This document shows positions 14,362 to 24,506 of a stretch of 35,428 bases of DNA, one piece after another (within the stretch, counting starts at the first letter, position 1; every line of letters starts with the position of its first letter). The translations under genes were made by a program, and so were the position numbers. Below the pieces are notes generated by a model. That model made no database searches. It was not told where the DNA came from and worked only from the letters and a program-made list of their open reading frames with translations. The stretch lies in assembly GCF_018977255.1 (NCBI RefSeq), contig NW_024705543.1, positions 1-35,428 of the forward strand, in the 5' to 3' direction. The stretch is from Callorhinchus milii (lineage: Eukaryota).

Positions 14362-14753
14362 CTGTAATAACCCTTGCTTTATTGGTTTCGAAAAAATTCC
14401 ATTTCTGGATCCGGAGAACTGAATAATATACTCTGTGTTTTCTCTCAGAATCTGTGAGGTAAATTGTCGTAATATGTCCAGAAAGATGTGTTCATATGGT
14501 TCTGTTTGAATTGTCGAGGACTCAACTTTTATGAGGAAATAATCAAAAACACTTGATGAACCACCCATGAAATCTGAGTCTATCGGGTGCAACATCAATA
14601 TGATTAGCTTATATAAAGAATCAAATGAATGGCAGGTGCTGAAGTCCCAGACATTTCCTCTGGAAACAGATGCGTGGTCGAATCAGTTGATTCAGCGATG
14701 GGTCGGTGTCTCTGCAATTTGATCTGCCTCTGTCGTTGTGAGAAATATTTTAT
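14362..14753 (-). CDS. Linker+FN3 repeat exon V11 (divergent, several frameshifts)
   Basis: Fragments SSVFDYFLIKVESS and LRENTEYIIQFSGSRNGIFSKP, with ttcgcag acceptor and G|gtaat donor. Confidence 0.7.
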
Positions 14754-15142
14754 CTGCGAAGAAATATAACACGTAATTATTTTGAATCGTTCCGTGAAAA
14801 GCATACAAAAATAAATGAAACCTGAAATATAAATAAGTTAAACTACAAATACCTGGCCACATGCGAACAAGATGTTAACCGTTTTCATGTCTGTTAACCC
14901 TTTTATGCTTGTAGGTGATTGTAACAAAATCAACTAAAAGTGGCATACGTTGATAAAATGGATTAATTTAAAGATTAAATCTAGACGTCAGCTACTTAGT
15001 AAAACAATAATGTATCACAGGCAGACCGAGGTGACTCAACAACGGTTGGCTCCAGGAGGTAATTTAAAAAGATTGCAAATATGCATGTTCTTAAAAATAT
15101 GTAATAGGTCACTTAACAAGGTTGAAATACGTGAAGATGTAC

Positions 15143-15547
15143 CTGTTTTAACTTGAGCCAACAGTGGCTTGGAGGGCTTTCCTCGTCTGAAACCAATGAG
15201 CTTAATGATATATTCAGTATCATCGCTCAAGTCTGTAAGATCAACTGTAGAAACTTTGCCAGGTAATGTTTTTTCGAGTGGTTTCTCAGAACTGTCAGCA
15301 GGCTTGTATTGCAACAACAAAGCGTTCAAAGACATTTGGATCTACCACCCACGACACCTTCATGCTCTCAGACGTGATGTCAGATATCACAAGTTCATTG
15401 GCAGAATCAGTTGGAACCCCAGACTCAGATAGTTACACACCTCCTTTGAAGGTTCGTGTGTGGTACTTCTAGGCAACTCAACAACGGTTGGTGTAATGGC
15501 CTCATCGATGACTGCCGTTGGTAAAGGAGTTGATTTTGGTTCAGGCT
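15143..15547 (-). CDS. Linker+FN3 repeat exon V10 (internal indels)
   Basis: Near-identical copy of V9. The frame is split between ORFs 15387..15983 and 15036..15335. Confidence 0.88.
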
Positions 15548-15649
15548 CTGCAAAGTAAATGAAAGTAATTGTCAGGATAAGACTTACTTTTTCAAAATGT
15601 CTGGATTGTTTAGGTAAGAAGAAAATATATAAAACGTATGAAGATGTAC

Positions 15650-16054
15650 CTGTTTTAACTTGAGCCACCAGTGGCTTGGAGGGCTTTCCTCGTCTGAAAC
15701 CAATGAGCTTAATGATATATTCAGTATCATCGCTCAAGTCTGTAAGATCAACTGTAGAAACTTTGCCAGGTAATGTTTTTTCGAGTGGTTTCTCAGAACT
15801 GTCAGCAGGCTTGTATTGAACAACAAAGCGTTCAAAGACATTTGGATCTACCACCCACGACACCTTCATGCTCTCAGACGTGATGTCAGATATCACAAGT
15901 TCATTGGCAGAATCAGTTGGAACCCCAGACTCAGAAGTTATTGACACCTCCTTTGGAGGTTCGTGTGTGGTACTTATAGGCAACTCAACAACGGTTGGTG
16001 TAATGGCCTCATCGATGACTGCCGTTGGTAAAGGAGTTGATTTTGGTTCAGGCT
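15650..16054 (-). CDS. Linker+FN3 repeat exon V9 (intact, 405 nt)
   Basis: EPEPKSTPLPTAVIDEAITPTVVELPISTTHEPPKEVSITSESGVPTDSANELVISDITSESMKVSW…LVAQVKTG. Confidence 0.9.
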
Positions 16055-16157
16055 CTGCAAAGTAAATGAAAGTAATTGTCAGGAAAGACTTACTTTTTCA
16101 AAATGTCTGGATTGTTTAGGTAAAGAAGAAAATATATTAAAACGTATGAAGATGTAC

Positions 16158-16560
16158 CTGTTTTAACTTGAGCCACCAGTGGCTTGGAGGGCTTTCCTCG
16201 TCTGAAACCAATGAGCTTAATGATATATTCAGTATCATCGCTCAAGTCTGTAAGATCAACTGTAGAAACTTTGCCAGGTAATGTTTTTTCGAGTGGTTTC
16301 TCAGAACTGTCAGCAGGCTTGTATTGCACAACAAAGCGCTCAAAGACTTTTGGATCTACCACCCACGACACCTTCATACTCTCAGACGTGATGTCAGATA
16401 TCACAAGTTCATTGCAGAATCAGTTGGAACCCCAGACACAGAAGTTACTGACACCTCCTTTGAAGGTTCATGTGTGGTACTTCTAGGCAACTCAACAACG
16501 GTTGGTGTAATGGCCTCATCGATGACTGCCGTGGGTAAAGGAGTTGATTTTGGTTTGGCT
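16158..16560 (-). CDS. Linker+FN3 repeat exon V8 (frameshifted)
   Basis: ORFs 16401..16598 and 16090..16404, bounded by tttgcag| and G|gtac. Confidence 0.88.
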
Positions 16561-16664
16561 CTGCAAAGTAAATGAAAGTAATTGTAAGCATACCACATTC
16601 TCTTTCAAAACGTGTGGAATGTTTGGGTAATGAAGAAAATATATTAAAACATATTAAGATGTAC

Positions 16665-17030
16665 CTGTTTTAACTTGAGCCACCAGTGGCTTGGAAGGCT
16701 TTCCTCGCCTGTAACCAATGAGCTTAATAATATATTCAGTGTCATCGATCAGGCCTGTAAAATCAACTGTAGAAATGTGTCCGGGCAATGTTTTTTCTAA
16801 TGGTTTCTCAGGGCTGTCAATAGGCTTGCATTGCACAACAAAGCGCTCAAAGACTTTTGGATCTACCACCCACGACACCTTCATGCTCTCAGACGTGATT
16901 TCAGTTATGTGCAATTCATCGGCCGAATCGGTGGGTACTCCACTCTGCGATTCCACCAAAATGTCTCTCGCAGGTAAACGCGTCGTCGTCTCAATTAATT
17001 TAGTTGTTGAAACGTCAGCAATACCTCCTG
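16665..17030 (-). CDS. Linker+FN3 repeat exon V7 (intact, 366 nt)
   Basis: ORF 16654..17046: AGGIADVSTT…DELHITEITSESMKVSWVVDPKVFERF…LIGYRRGKPSKPLVAQVKTG. CAGCAG tandem acceptor and gtac donor. Confidence 0.9.
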
Positions 17031-17164
17031 CTGGTGTAAACAACAAAAAATGCCGGTTGATCCTTTGTTTTTTTCTTCACAAAACATCAATATTACATTG
17101 CTATATTTAGATCATTAAGACATTGTTATATTTCAAAGTTAAATTAAGCATTATGAAATAAAAC

Positions 17165-17720
17165 ATGATCCCTGTTTCAATTTGATTTACTCTCGATTTG
17201 GATGTTCTTTTTACTAATAAAGTCTTTATGGCTGTATACACTTGGCCAGATCATGTCTTTGCATCTTTTCGCAGAACTGTGCATCGGTTTGTATCATACA
17301 AGTAAACTTAAACTTTTGTTGTAAACAATTAACTTTTCACACGATAAGCTATTGATGGTCTTATATGGTCTCTGCTAAGTGTCTTAAATAAATTAAACAT
17401 ATTTACACATGTATTGTTTAATACATGTTCCTTTAAAATACATTTACGTGTTTAACATGCCCACGTTTTAAACTGTTCCATCAGTGGCGTCAATGGTTTT
17501 TTACATCATGTAACCAATTAGCTTCATGGTATAACCCGGGAAAATTGTTAAGGTCCATAAATTACGGTGTAGGGACTTGGTCCAGGTAGGCCTCTTCAAG
17601 ACATATACAGTATTATGAATCAGAAAACGCTCTCAAGGGCTGATGAATGACGCATGCAATTATGAACGCAGGAAACATACGTAACTTTTATCAAGTGTTG
17701 TCGTGTAACTTCATGGATAA
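17165..17720 (-). pseudogene. One or two decayed or garbled FN3 repeat exon copies
   Basis: Residual matches to the repeat unit (cctgtttcaatttga, cagaactgt…ggtttgtat, and accaattagcttcatggt = TMKLIG on the minus strand), but no continuous frame. Confidence 0.5.
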
Positions 17721-17904
17721 TGTTACGAACACATCCTGAATTAATTATTAATGCGACTATTTAAATGTAGGGTTTTTATATACATTTCTTCAACTCAATA
17801 ATGTTATGCAGTATGGATGCGAGGATAAATTCTGCATTTTATTTTGCAAAGGCAACAACTGTATTGCACATCCAATTAGTTTCATTAACAACAAAGGTAT
17901 TATT

Positions 17905-18228
17905 ATTCTTGGTTCTTTCGGTAAAGTCACGTAGAAGGGAAGTAATAAAATAATAAAAATATATAACGATAAAATTATCACGACGTTTCGACTGCAACAC
18001 AAGAAATCCGCAGCAAGAAACATTTGAAAAAAAATTCTAATTTTTGGAAAAAAATTCAAATTTTTCTTGCTGTGGATTTCACACCTGATGATGATTGCTT
18101 GTGTTGCAGTCGAAACGTCGTGAGAATTTTATTGTTTTATATTTTTATTATTTTATTATTCCCCTTCTACGTGACTTCACCGAAAGAACCAAGAATATGA
18201 ATCCCTGCAGTCACGAAAGCTTTAAATC
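17905..18228. mobile_element. Palindromic element made of two inverted Penelope pLTR ends
   Basis: ttcttggttctttcggtaaagtcacgtagaaggg… pairs with …cccttctacgtgacttcaccgaaagaaccaagaa. The left arm lacks the CTGATGA core. Confidence 0.8.
18082..18122 (+). ncRNA. Minimal type I hammerhead ribozyme (Penelope pLTR)
   Basis: CAC-CTGATGA-T-GATTGC-ttgtgtt-GCAGTC-GAAACGTC-GTG. Confidence 0.8.
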
Positions 18229-18229
18229 A

Positions 18230-19105
18230 AATGTATTATTCTTTGGGTCTTTCGGTAAAGCCACGTCGATGGAAAAATAATAATAATACAAAATAAAAAT
18301 ATCACGACGTTTCGATCGCAACACGAGCAATCTTCATCAGGTGAAAAAAAGATAGCGGCAGAACTGCTGAGGCAGGAAAAAATATAGTGGGAGAGCTGCC
18401 GAGGCAGGATGTTATGAAGGTTTGAGATGGGTGTAGCCCAAGGGTCATACGTGAAGTGGGCGGGGCTAGAGATGAAATTTGCATGCAAATGTAAGATCGG
18501 AGAGCTGAGCTACCTCTACGACGACAAAGCTGTAGAGGTGGCCATTGTATTGTGAGATATTTGCATGCCAATGTAAGAAAAAACGAGAGCCACCGCCACA
18601 TCGAGGAAAACGAGCAACGGTGGCTGTGTTAGTGAGACATTTAGCCTGTTAATGTAAAGACATTTAACCTGGTAATGTAACTCAAGAGAGTCGAAAATAT
18701 CTGCTAACATCGGCAGGTAGGATGTAAACATCACAGCCAGTTATGACTTAAACTGGTTAATAACGTCCTTCCAATGATTGCTCAGTTTGTATTTATCTTC
18801 TTCTCGGTCGAAATTGTGTTTGTGTTTATATATCTGGATGGCTTCATGAACCAATCTTTGCTGAAAGCCAGTGGGTTTGCAGAGTACCTTCGTCTAGGAA
18901 AAATCTATTTCGTGTGTGCCCACAGCGTTGAAACAATGATCAGCCACGGCCGAGGTATTGGTCCTACCGTGTTTCAGATCTGCCTTATGTTCACGAACAC
19001 GGTCCGAAACATGTCGCTAAGTTTCCCCAATGTAACTACTGCCGCAGACACAGCTTAGTTTGTAGAACCCGGGTATTGCATGTCAGGGATCACATCCTTC
19101 ACAAA
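18230..19105 (-). mobile_element. 5'-truncated Penelope-like retroelement: degenerate GIY-YIG endonuclease + 3' pseudo-LTR
   Basis: The reverse complement of ~18750-19105 translates to KDVIP…PG(F/V)YKLSCVCGSSYIGET*RHVSDRVREHKADLKHGRTNTSAVADHC…HEIDF / KVLCKPTGFQQRLVHEAIQIYKHKHNFDREE. It is followed by a hammerhead-bearing terminal repeat. Confidence 0.88.
18303..18343 (-). ncRNA. Minimal type I hammerhead ribozyme (Penelope pLTR)
   Basis: CAC-CTGATGA-A-GATTGC-tcgtgtt-GCGATC-GAAACGTC-GTG: catalytic core, stem II, palindromic ACGT in place of stem III, GUC cleavage triplet, and CAC/GTG stem I. Confidence 0.8.
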
Positions 19106-19383
19106 AGTATTACACGAGGTGCACTTGGTACATGCAAATTTCGTGTCCAGATTCAATACAATTTCGAGGAAATTACGTCTAATCTGTTTGGTTGAATCAA
19201 GTAATACCTTGTCTATAATTCATATTACAATTCTATCATGCCGACACAGTTGAGACTTGTTTAAACCAAGAATGAAAATGACACATGCATAGTATTCCTC
19301 TACTGGATTGAGATAATGTCAATTGTATTCATACATTTCATATACAACAAGCTCTTTAAAAGAACAAGTGATGTAACAAATAC

Positions 19384-19788
19384 CTGTTTTAGCTTGAGCC
19401 ACAAGTGGCCTTGATAATTTCCCACCTCTCGATCCGAGCAGTATAATGACATATTCTGTATCTTCATTAAGGTCCACCAGATCTACCGTAAAAACTTGAC
19501 CGGGTATCGTTTTATCGAATGGCTTTTCCAGACTGTCACTGGGTTTGAATTGAACAATGAAGTGGTCGAATGTTTCTGTATTTACCACCCAAGATACTTT
19601 CATACTGTCTGATGTGATTTCCGTTATGTGCAATTCATCGGCTGAATCAGTGGGAGCTCCGTATTCTGACCGAACTGAAACTTCCTTTGAAGGGACATAT
19701 TTGGTGGTCTCAGGTAATATGTATCCAGCTGTTGTGCCTGGTATTTGCTCGATTAACACATCTGGCATTAACGTCACCACTTTTATGT
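19384..19788 (-). CDS. Linker+FN3 repeat exon V6 (intact, 405 nt)
   Basis: ttttgcag|, DIKVVTLMPDV…DELHITEITSDSMKVSWVVNTETFDHFIVQFKP…TEYVIILLGSRGGKLSRPLVAQAKTG|gtat. Confidence 0.9.
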
Positions 19789-19903
19789 CTGCAAAAGATA
19801 AGTCATGTTGATTAGTTAATGCATACAATGATGGCATCAGAATTATATTCATGTAAATTTGTGTTGTTTATCTTTAGCATTGTTAAAGTAATAAAACAAA
19901 TAC

Positions 19904-20312
19904 CTGTTGTCACCAGCGCCATCAAAGGTTTGGAGGGCGTTTTCCGCCTGTAACCGATCAGCTTAATGGTGTATTCTGTATTTTCAGTCAAGTCTAGCAG
20001 ATCTACCATGGAGACTTGACCGGGTAATCTTTTCTCCAATGGTTTCTCAGTACTGGCAGTAGGCGTGTACTGCACAATGAAATGGTCAAATACGTTCGGA
20101 TCAACCACCCACGAGACCTTGACGCTATTGGGTGCAATTTCCGTTATGTGCAACTCATTGGCCGAAACAACGGGAACGCCTTCGGTCGACTCGATGGAAA
20201 CTACACTTGGACGTAGCTGCGTGATAGAAGCGGGCAACTCGTATAAACCCGTTGTGCCAGATACTTCTTCCGGTAAAACCTTTGGAGCAATGTAATCACC
20301 TTTGTTTGCACT
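19904..20312 (-). CDS. Linker+FN3 repeat exon V5
   Basis: ORF 19812..20426: PKVLPEEVSGTT…NELHITEIAPNSVKVSWVVDPNVFDHFIVQY…TEYTIKLIGYRRKTPSKPLMALVTTG|gtat. The frame at the 5' end is disturbed. Confidence 0.87.
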
Positions 20313-20792
20313 CTGTAGGAAATAAAAAAAAACTACATATATCAAGTGGTAAGGACAGGGAGGCAGTATGACACCGTGATTGTGGGCTCGCGGAGGTGAT
20401 AACATTGACTGTGACGATGCCGACAATGATGGAATTGGCGTGAGGTGTCAAAACAGGGCGTAGCGACACGTGGCATGCGGGATGGTGGATGATGCCGAAA
20501 GCGGCGCCTCGGGACGGAACCGCCAACCGTTTGCTGGAATTGACGGGAGAGGGCATCTGGCCTGGCTCAAGTGCCGTGGTGACGTCACCATCACTTAGTG
20601 GTCGAATGGCCTGGTATTGGTGGTGTATCGGTGGCCAAAGTGGAACAGCTGGACGTGACTTACCAAGTAGGATGTTAATGATGGTGTAATGAGGAGAAGG
20701 CGGGGGAGGGTGAGGCGAAATTAGGACATGGCCAAGAGACTCAGCCCTTGGATGTGTTCACGAATTATAATTTAAAAACATTCTCTATGTTT

Positions 20793-20973
20793 CGATTTAA
20801 GCTTTCGTGACTGCAGGGATTCATCTTCTTGTTCTTTCGGTAAAGTCACGTAGAAGGGAAGTAATAAAATAATAAAAATAAAACATACTAAAATAATATA
20901 ATAATTCTCTCTTATTTTTATTATTTTATTACTTCCCTTCTACGTGACTTTACCGAAAGAACCAAGAAGATGA
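20793..20973. mobile_element. Palindromic Penelope-derived element with a 13-bp flanking direct repeat
   Basis: Inverted arms at 20820-20880 and 20913-20973. attctctatgttt occurs at both 20780-20792 and 20974-20986. Confidence 0.8.
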
Positions 20974-20994
20974 ATTCTCTATGTTTATTTAGAT

Positions 20995-21115
20995 TATTTG
21001 GCTGCTATAATATTTCCACGTCATAAGCCACTTGGGTGAGCTATCATTTGTGGCCAGGTCGCTTCTGACAAAGAAGCTAATAGCTCAGTGGGCTTTACCT
21101 GGTAAAAATAATAAT
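20995..21115 (+). repeat. 3' tail of the same SINE family as 32160-32285
   Basis: tatttggctgctata…tttccac…gagctatcatttgtggccaggtcgctt…tagctcag…ttacctggtaaaaata. Confidence 0.75.
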
Positions 21116-21978
21116 AATTGTTTTTAGTAATTTTCTTACATTTTCTATACAATGCACTCCATATCGTGTTTTGTAATGTTTGTTGCTGTAACTTCCTGAA
21201 CCTGCCCCTACTGGATATCTGTAAAAAAGAGCTTTATAGCTCGTCCGATTCCTGCAGTATAAAGATTCCGATTCTGAATTAGTGTAGTGTTACAATAACT
21301 TGTGTAGCTTGAGTGAAAGTCACGTGATTTTAGTATGAGGTTTGTGCACTGAATGTCAAAGAGATTGTTTAGTAATAGTGAAGGTTTGCAGCACAAAGTA
21401 TCATGTGCGTTTCGTAACTGGCACATGGTTCATGTGGCATTAGAATGTGTACATTGTAAACGTAGTGTAGTAGCTGTGTAACAACAGAATATGGGGATGT
21501 ATGGTATTTACATTATTGTGTAGTGATATTATAAAGATCTCACACAGAACTTGTGAGAGGTGTAGATTTGCATAACGGTATTGTGATATTCCCTGGGTAC
21601 TCTGGACAATGTCCTGCATCATGAGTGTCTATTGTCATGTATCATGTCTGGCCTTCGTTTGTTTAACATGCGTGTGGGAGAGGGCTGGCGTGGGAATTGT
21701 TGATCTAGATAGAAAGGGAGCAACATGAAATGAGCTGAAGAGATGTCTTCCTGGTGGTGGCAATGAAAGAGCTTCATGGCTCATCGGATTCCTCCAGTAT
21801 AAATAAAGATTTTGATTCTGACATGAGATGTGGGGGGGCAGAGTAGGGAATGAGTGAACCCAGTACATCCACAGCAATATGATAGATCGGCACACAACGC
21901 AACTACTTTTTGTAAAAGCTACGTATTTTTAAATAAGCAACAATGGCAAATAGACGCGAAATATATATATTTAGATAC

Positions 21979-22364
21979 CTGTTGTGACCCTCGCTGTAAG
22001 TGGGTTAGATTGCTTTCCTCGTCTGAAGCCGAGAAGTGCAACGACATATTCTGTGTTTTCTCTTAGATCCGTGAGTTCAACCGTAGATGCATGTCCAGGC
22101 AACGATTTGTCGACGGGCTTGTCACGAAGGTCAGCGGGATTGTATCGCACAATGAAACGAGTAAACACTCGGGATCTACCACCCATGACACCCTCATGCT
22201 ATCACAGGCAATGTCCGTAATGCGCATCTCCTCTGCTGCGTCAGTTGGTGCTCCAAAGGGGGACGGCACAAACATTTCGTGCACGGCCAGCTGAGTGGTC
22301 GTATCAAGAAGTTGAGCAGTGACTGTTGTGCCAATAGTCGTTGCTTCAGGTAAGAGATCTGTCC
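21979..22364 (-). CDS. Linker+FN3 repeat exon V4 (frameshifted)
   Basis: cttacag|, GTDLLPEATT…EEMRITDIACDSMRVSWVVDP / VFTRFIVRYNPADLRDKPVDKSLPG…TEYVVALLGFRRGKQSNPLTARVTTG|gtat. Confidence 0.87.
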
Positions 22365-22446
22365 CTGTAAGGTATGCAAGGGTAAAAGAGTGTTACACGT
22401 TTAACGTATTATTTTAAATGTGACACTGAGAATTAAGTTAAACATT

Positions 22447-22648
22447 GTTTGGGTCTTTCGGTAAAGTCACGCAGATAGGTTGAAAGGAAATAACATAAAA
22501 CTGCAACGTTTCGATCGCAACACAAGATGACGCCACTTGTGTTGTGATCGAAACGTCGTAGTTTTTTGTTATTTTCTTTGAACCTATCCACGTGACTTTA
22601 CTGAAATACCCAACGAATATGAATTCCTGCAGTCACGAAAGCTTTAAG
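22447..22648. mobile_element. Palindromic Penelope-derived element (hammerhead 3' halves only)
   Basis: gggtctttcggtaaagtcacg…acgtttcgatcgcaacacaag is inverted against cttgtgttgtgatcgaaacgt…cgtgactttactgaaataccc, followed by the cctgcagtcacgaaagcttt tail. Confidence 0.78.
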
Positions 22649-22710
22649 TCAAGATTTAATAAGTGAACTGTTCATGGAAAGTACATAGATAAAAAATGTT
22701 GAAAAATTAC

Positions 22711-23110
22711 CTGTTCTAACTTGTGCCACCAGTGGCTTAGAAGGCTTTCCTCGTCTGTAACCGATCAGCTCAACAGTATACGTGGTATCTTCTTCAAGTC
22801 TGTCAGGTCAATTGTGGAAACCTCGCCAGGCAATGTTTTTTCGAGTGGCGTCTCAGAACTGTCGCCGGCTTGTAGCGCACGATGAACCGCTCAAAGACCT
22901 TTGGATCTACGACCCACGAAACCTTCATGCTGTATGGGGTAATATCTGTTATATGCAATTCATCGGCTGAATCTGTAGGCGACCCATATGGTGACTGTAC
23001 TGAAACTTCCTTTTGGTGTGGACGTGTGGTAGCGTCAAGTAACCCAACTACTGTCGGTGTTGCAGATTCATCAACAACTGCAGGTGGAGGAGTTGATATG
23101 TATTTGGCCT
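22711..23110 (-). CDS. Linker+FN3 repeat exon V3 (frameshifted)
   Basis: tttgcag|, EAKYISTPPPAVVDESATPT…DELHITDITPYSMKVSWVVDPKVFERFIVRYKP…LIGYRRGKPSKPLVAQVRTG|gtaat. Confidence 0.87.
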
Positions 23111-23218
23111 CTGCAAAGTAAATGAAAACAAGTTTAAATGTTACTCTCTCCGTTACAATCCAATTGTATGGTATATTGTAGCAAGGTAACAAAATGTTAA
23201 GATATTTTAACAATGTAC

Positions 23219-23605
23219 CTGTTTTAACTTGAGCCACCAGTGGCTTGGAGGGCTTTCCTCGTCTGAAACCAATGAGCTTAATGATATATTCAGTATCATC
23301 GCTCAAGTCTGTAAGATCAACTGTAGAAACTTTGCCAGGTAATGTTTTTTCGAGTGGTTTCTCAGAACTGTCAGCTGGCTTGTATTGCACAATGAAGCGC
23401 TCAAAGACTTTTGGATCTACCACCCACGACACCTTCATGCTCTCAGATGTGATGCTAGTTATGTGCAATTCAACTGCTGAATCAGTTGGAACCCCAAGTA
23501 TTGATATCACTGAAACTTCTCTTGCCATCCACATCCCAGTGGTATAGAGTTCCTTATCAACGGGTGACTCTGTTGTGGTCTCAGCAATGGGTTTCAATTC
23601 TTTTT
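23219..23605 (-). CDS. Linker+FN3 repeat exon V2 (intact, 387 nt)
   Basis: EKELKPIAETTTESP…ELHITSITSESMKVSWVVDPKVFERFIVQYKP…TEYIIKLIGFRRGKPSKPLVAQVKTG|gtac. Confidence 0.9.
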
Positions 23606-24166
23606 CTACCAAAAAACATTGAACGGTTAGTTTTCATCACTTATAGAACATTGACTTACCACGCATTAACGTTTCACGTTTAAATTAAATAATACTTGAC
23701 AAATACGATTTTACAACAAAATGTACAAAACATGTTAGAAATAAATTATGTCTCGCCGTGACATACTTTTGGTGATGTTAATGTGTAGCCATGCCACTGT
23801 TTTATATTCGTACGAAGTTTTTTTGACAATAATTTTGAAGACAATTGTATTAATGGTGCAAAGGTGTGTGCGATAGGAATGAATTACCGAAAGTGGTTAT
23901 GGAAAACGTGAAGCTTATCTGCAAGCAAATACTGCTGATACCTCCAGCAAAGATATACTGCCACGCAAGTCATGAAAGCAGAGAGATGGTGCAGCGATGG
24001 ATGTTTTTTTTCAGTTAATATTCCCTGAAAAGGAATGGAAAAGATGTCAAGGTATTGTATATATATATGCAAGCGTTAACCCTTGGAATGTTCCTGTGAA
24101 GCAAATGGAAATGGCGTTAGTACAAATTTGCAGATGGGATGGAATATTCCAGCAAGCCATTCATAC

Positions 24167-24506
24167 CTGTGGTCACCCTGGCCTTCAGAGGCTTGTAACC
24201 TTCCGTCCCCTCGACGCCACAAGAGAGATCTCATACTCTGTGTTTTCGCGGAGCTCTTTGAGGGCAATGGTTGTCACATTGCCGCGCACGGAATATTCCG
24301 AGGGCAGTTCGGTGCTTCCGTACGGTTTGTATTGCACGACAAAGTGGTTGTAGATGTCGGGCATGGTCGCCACGAAACCGTCATGCTGTGCGGCTTGACG
24401 TCGTAAATCTGCAGCTCTTTCAGCGAATCAACTGGACTTGCAGTGGGAGTTATCACCGGCCTCTCTGGGAGATATTCTTTTGTATCCAAATCGGTTGTTT
24501 GGTACC
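24167..24506 (-). CDS. Linker+FN3 repeat exon V1 (frameshifted)
   Basis: GYQTTDLDTKEYLPERPVITPTASPVDSLKELQIYDVKPHSMTVSW / PDIYNHFVVQYKPYGSTELPSEYSVRGNVTTIALKELRENTEYEISLVASRG…VTTG|gtatga. Confidence 0.85.

Larger units (their letters stand above)
15130..16920. repeat. Tandem exon+intron repeat with a period of about 507 bp (3 near-identical units plus a related fourth)
   Basis: Equivalent donor positions fall at 15143, 15650, 16158 and 16665. The introns are also nearly identical. Confidence 0.95.

Noticed and set aside
15130..16920. CRISPR-like array
   Set aside because: The units are ~507-bp exon+intron duplications with no short repeat/unique spacer structure, in a eukaryotic context.
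20340..20720. GC-richer intronic stretch with short ORFs as an extra exon
   Set aside because: No FN3 or other recognisable motif and no convincing splice pair. Probably an unidentified repeat remnant.
15169..23547. Repeated plus-strand ORFs (MEGFPRLKPMSL…)
   Set aside because: Antisense shadows of the FN3 cassettes.
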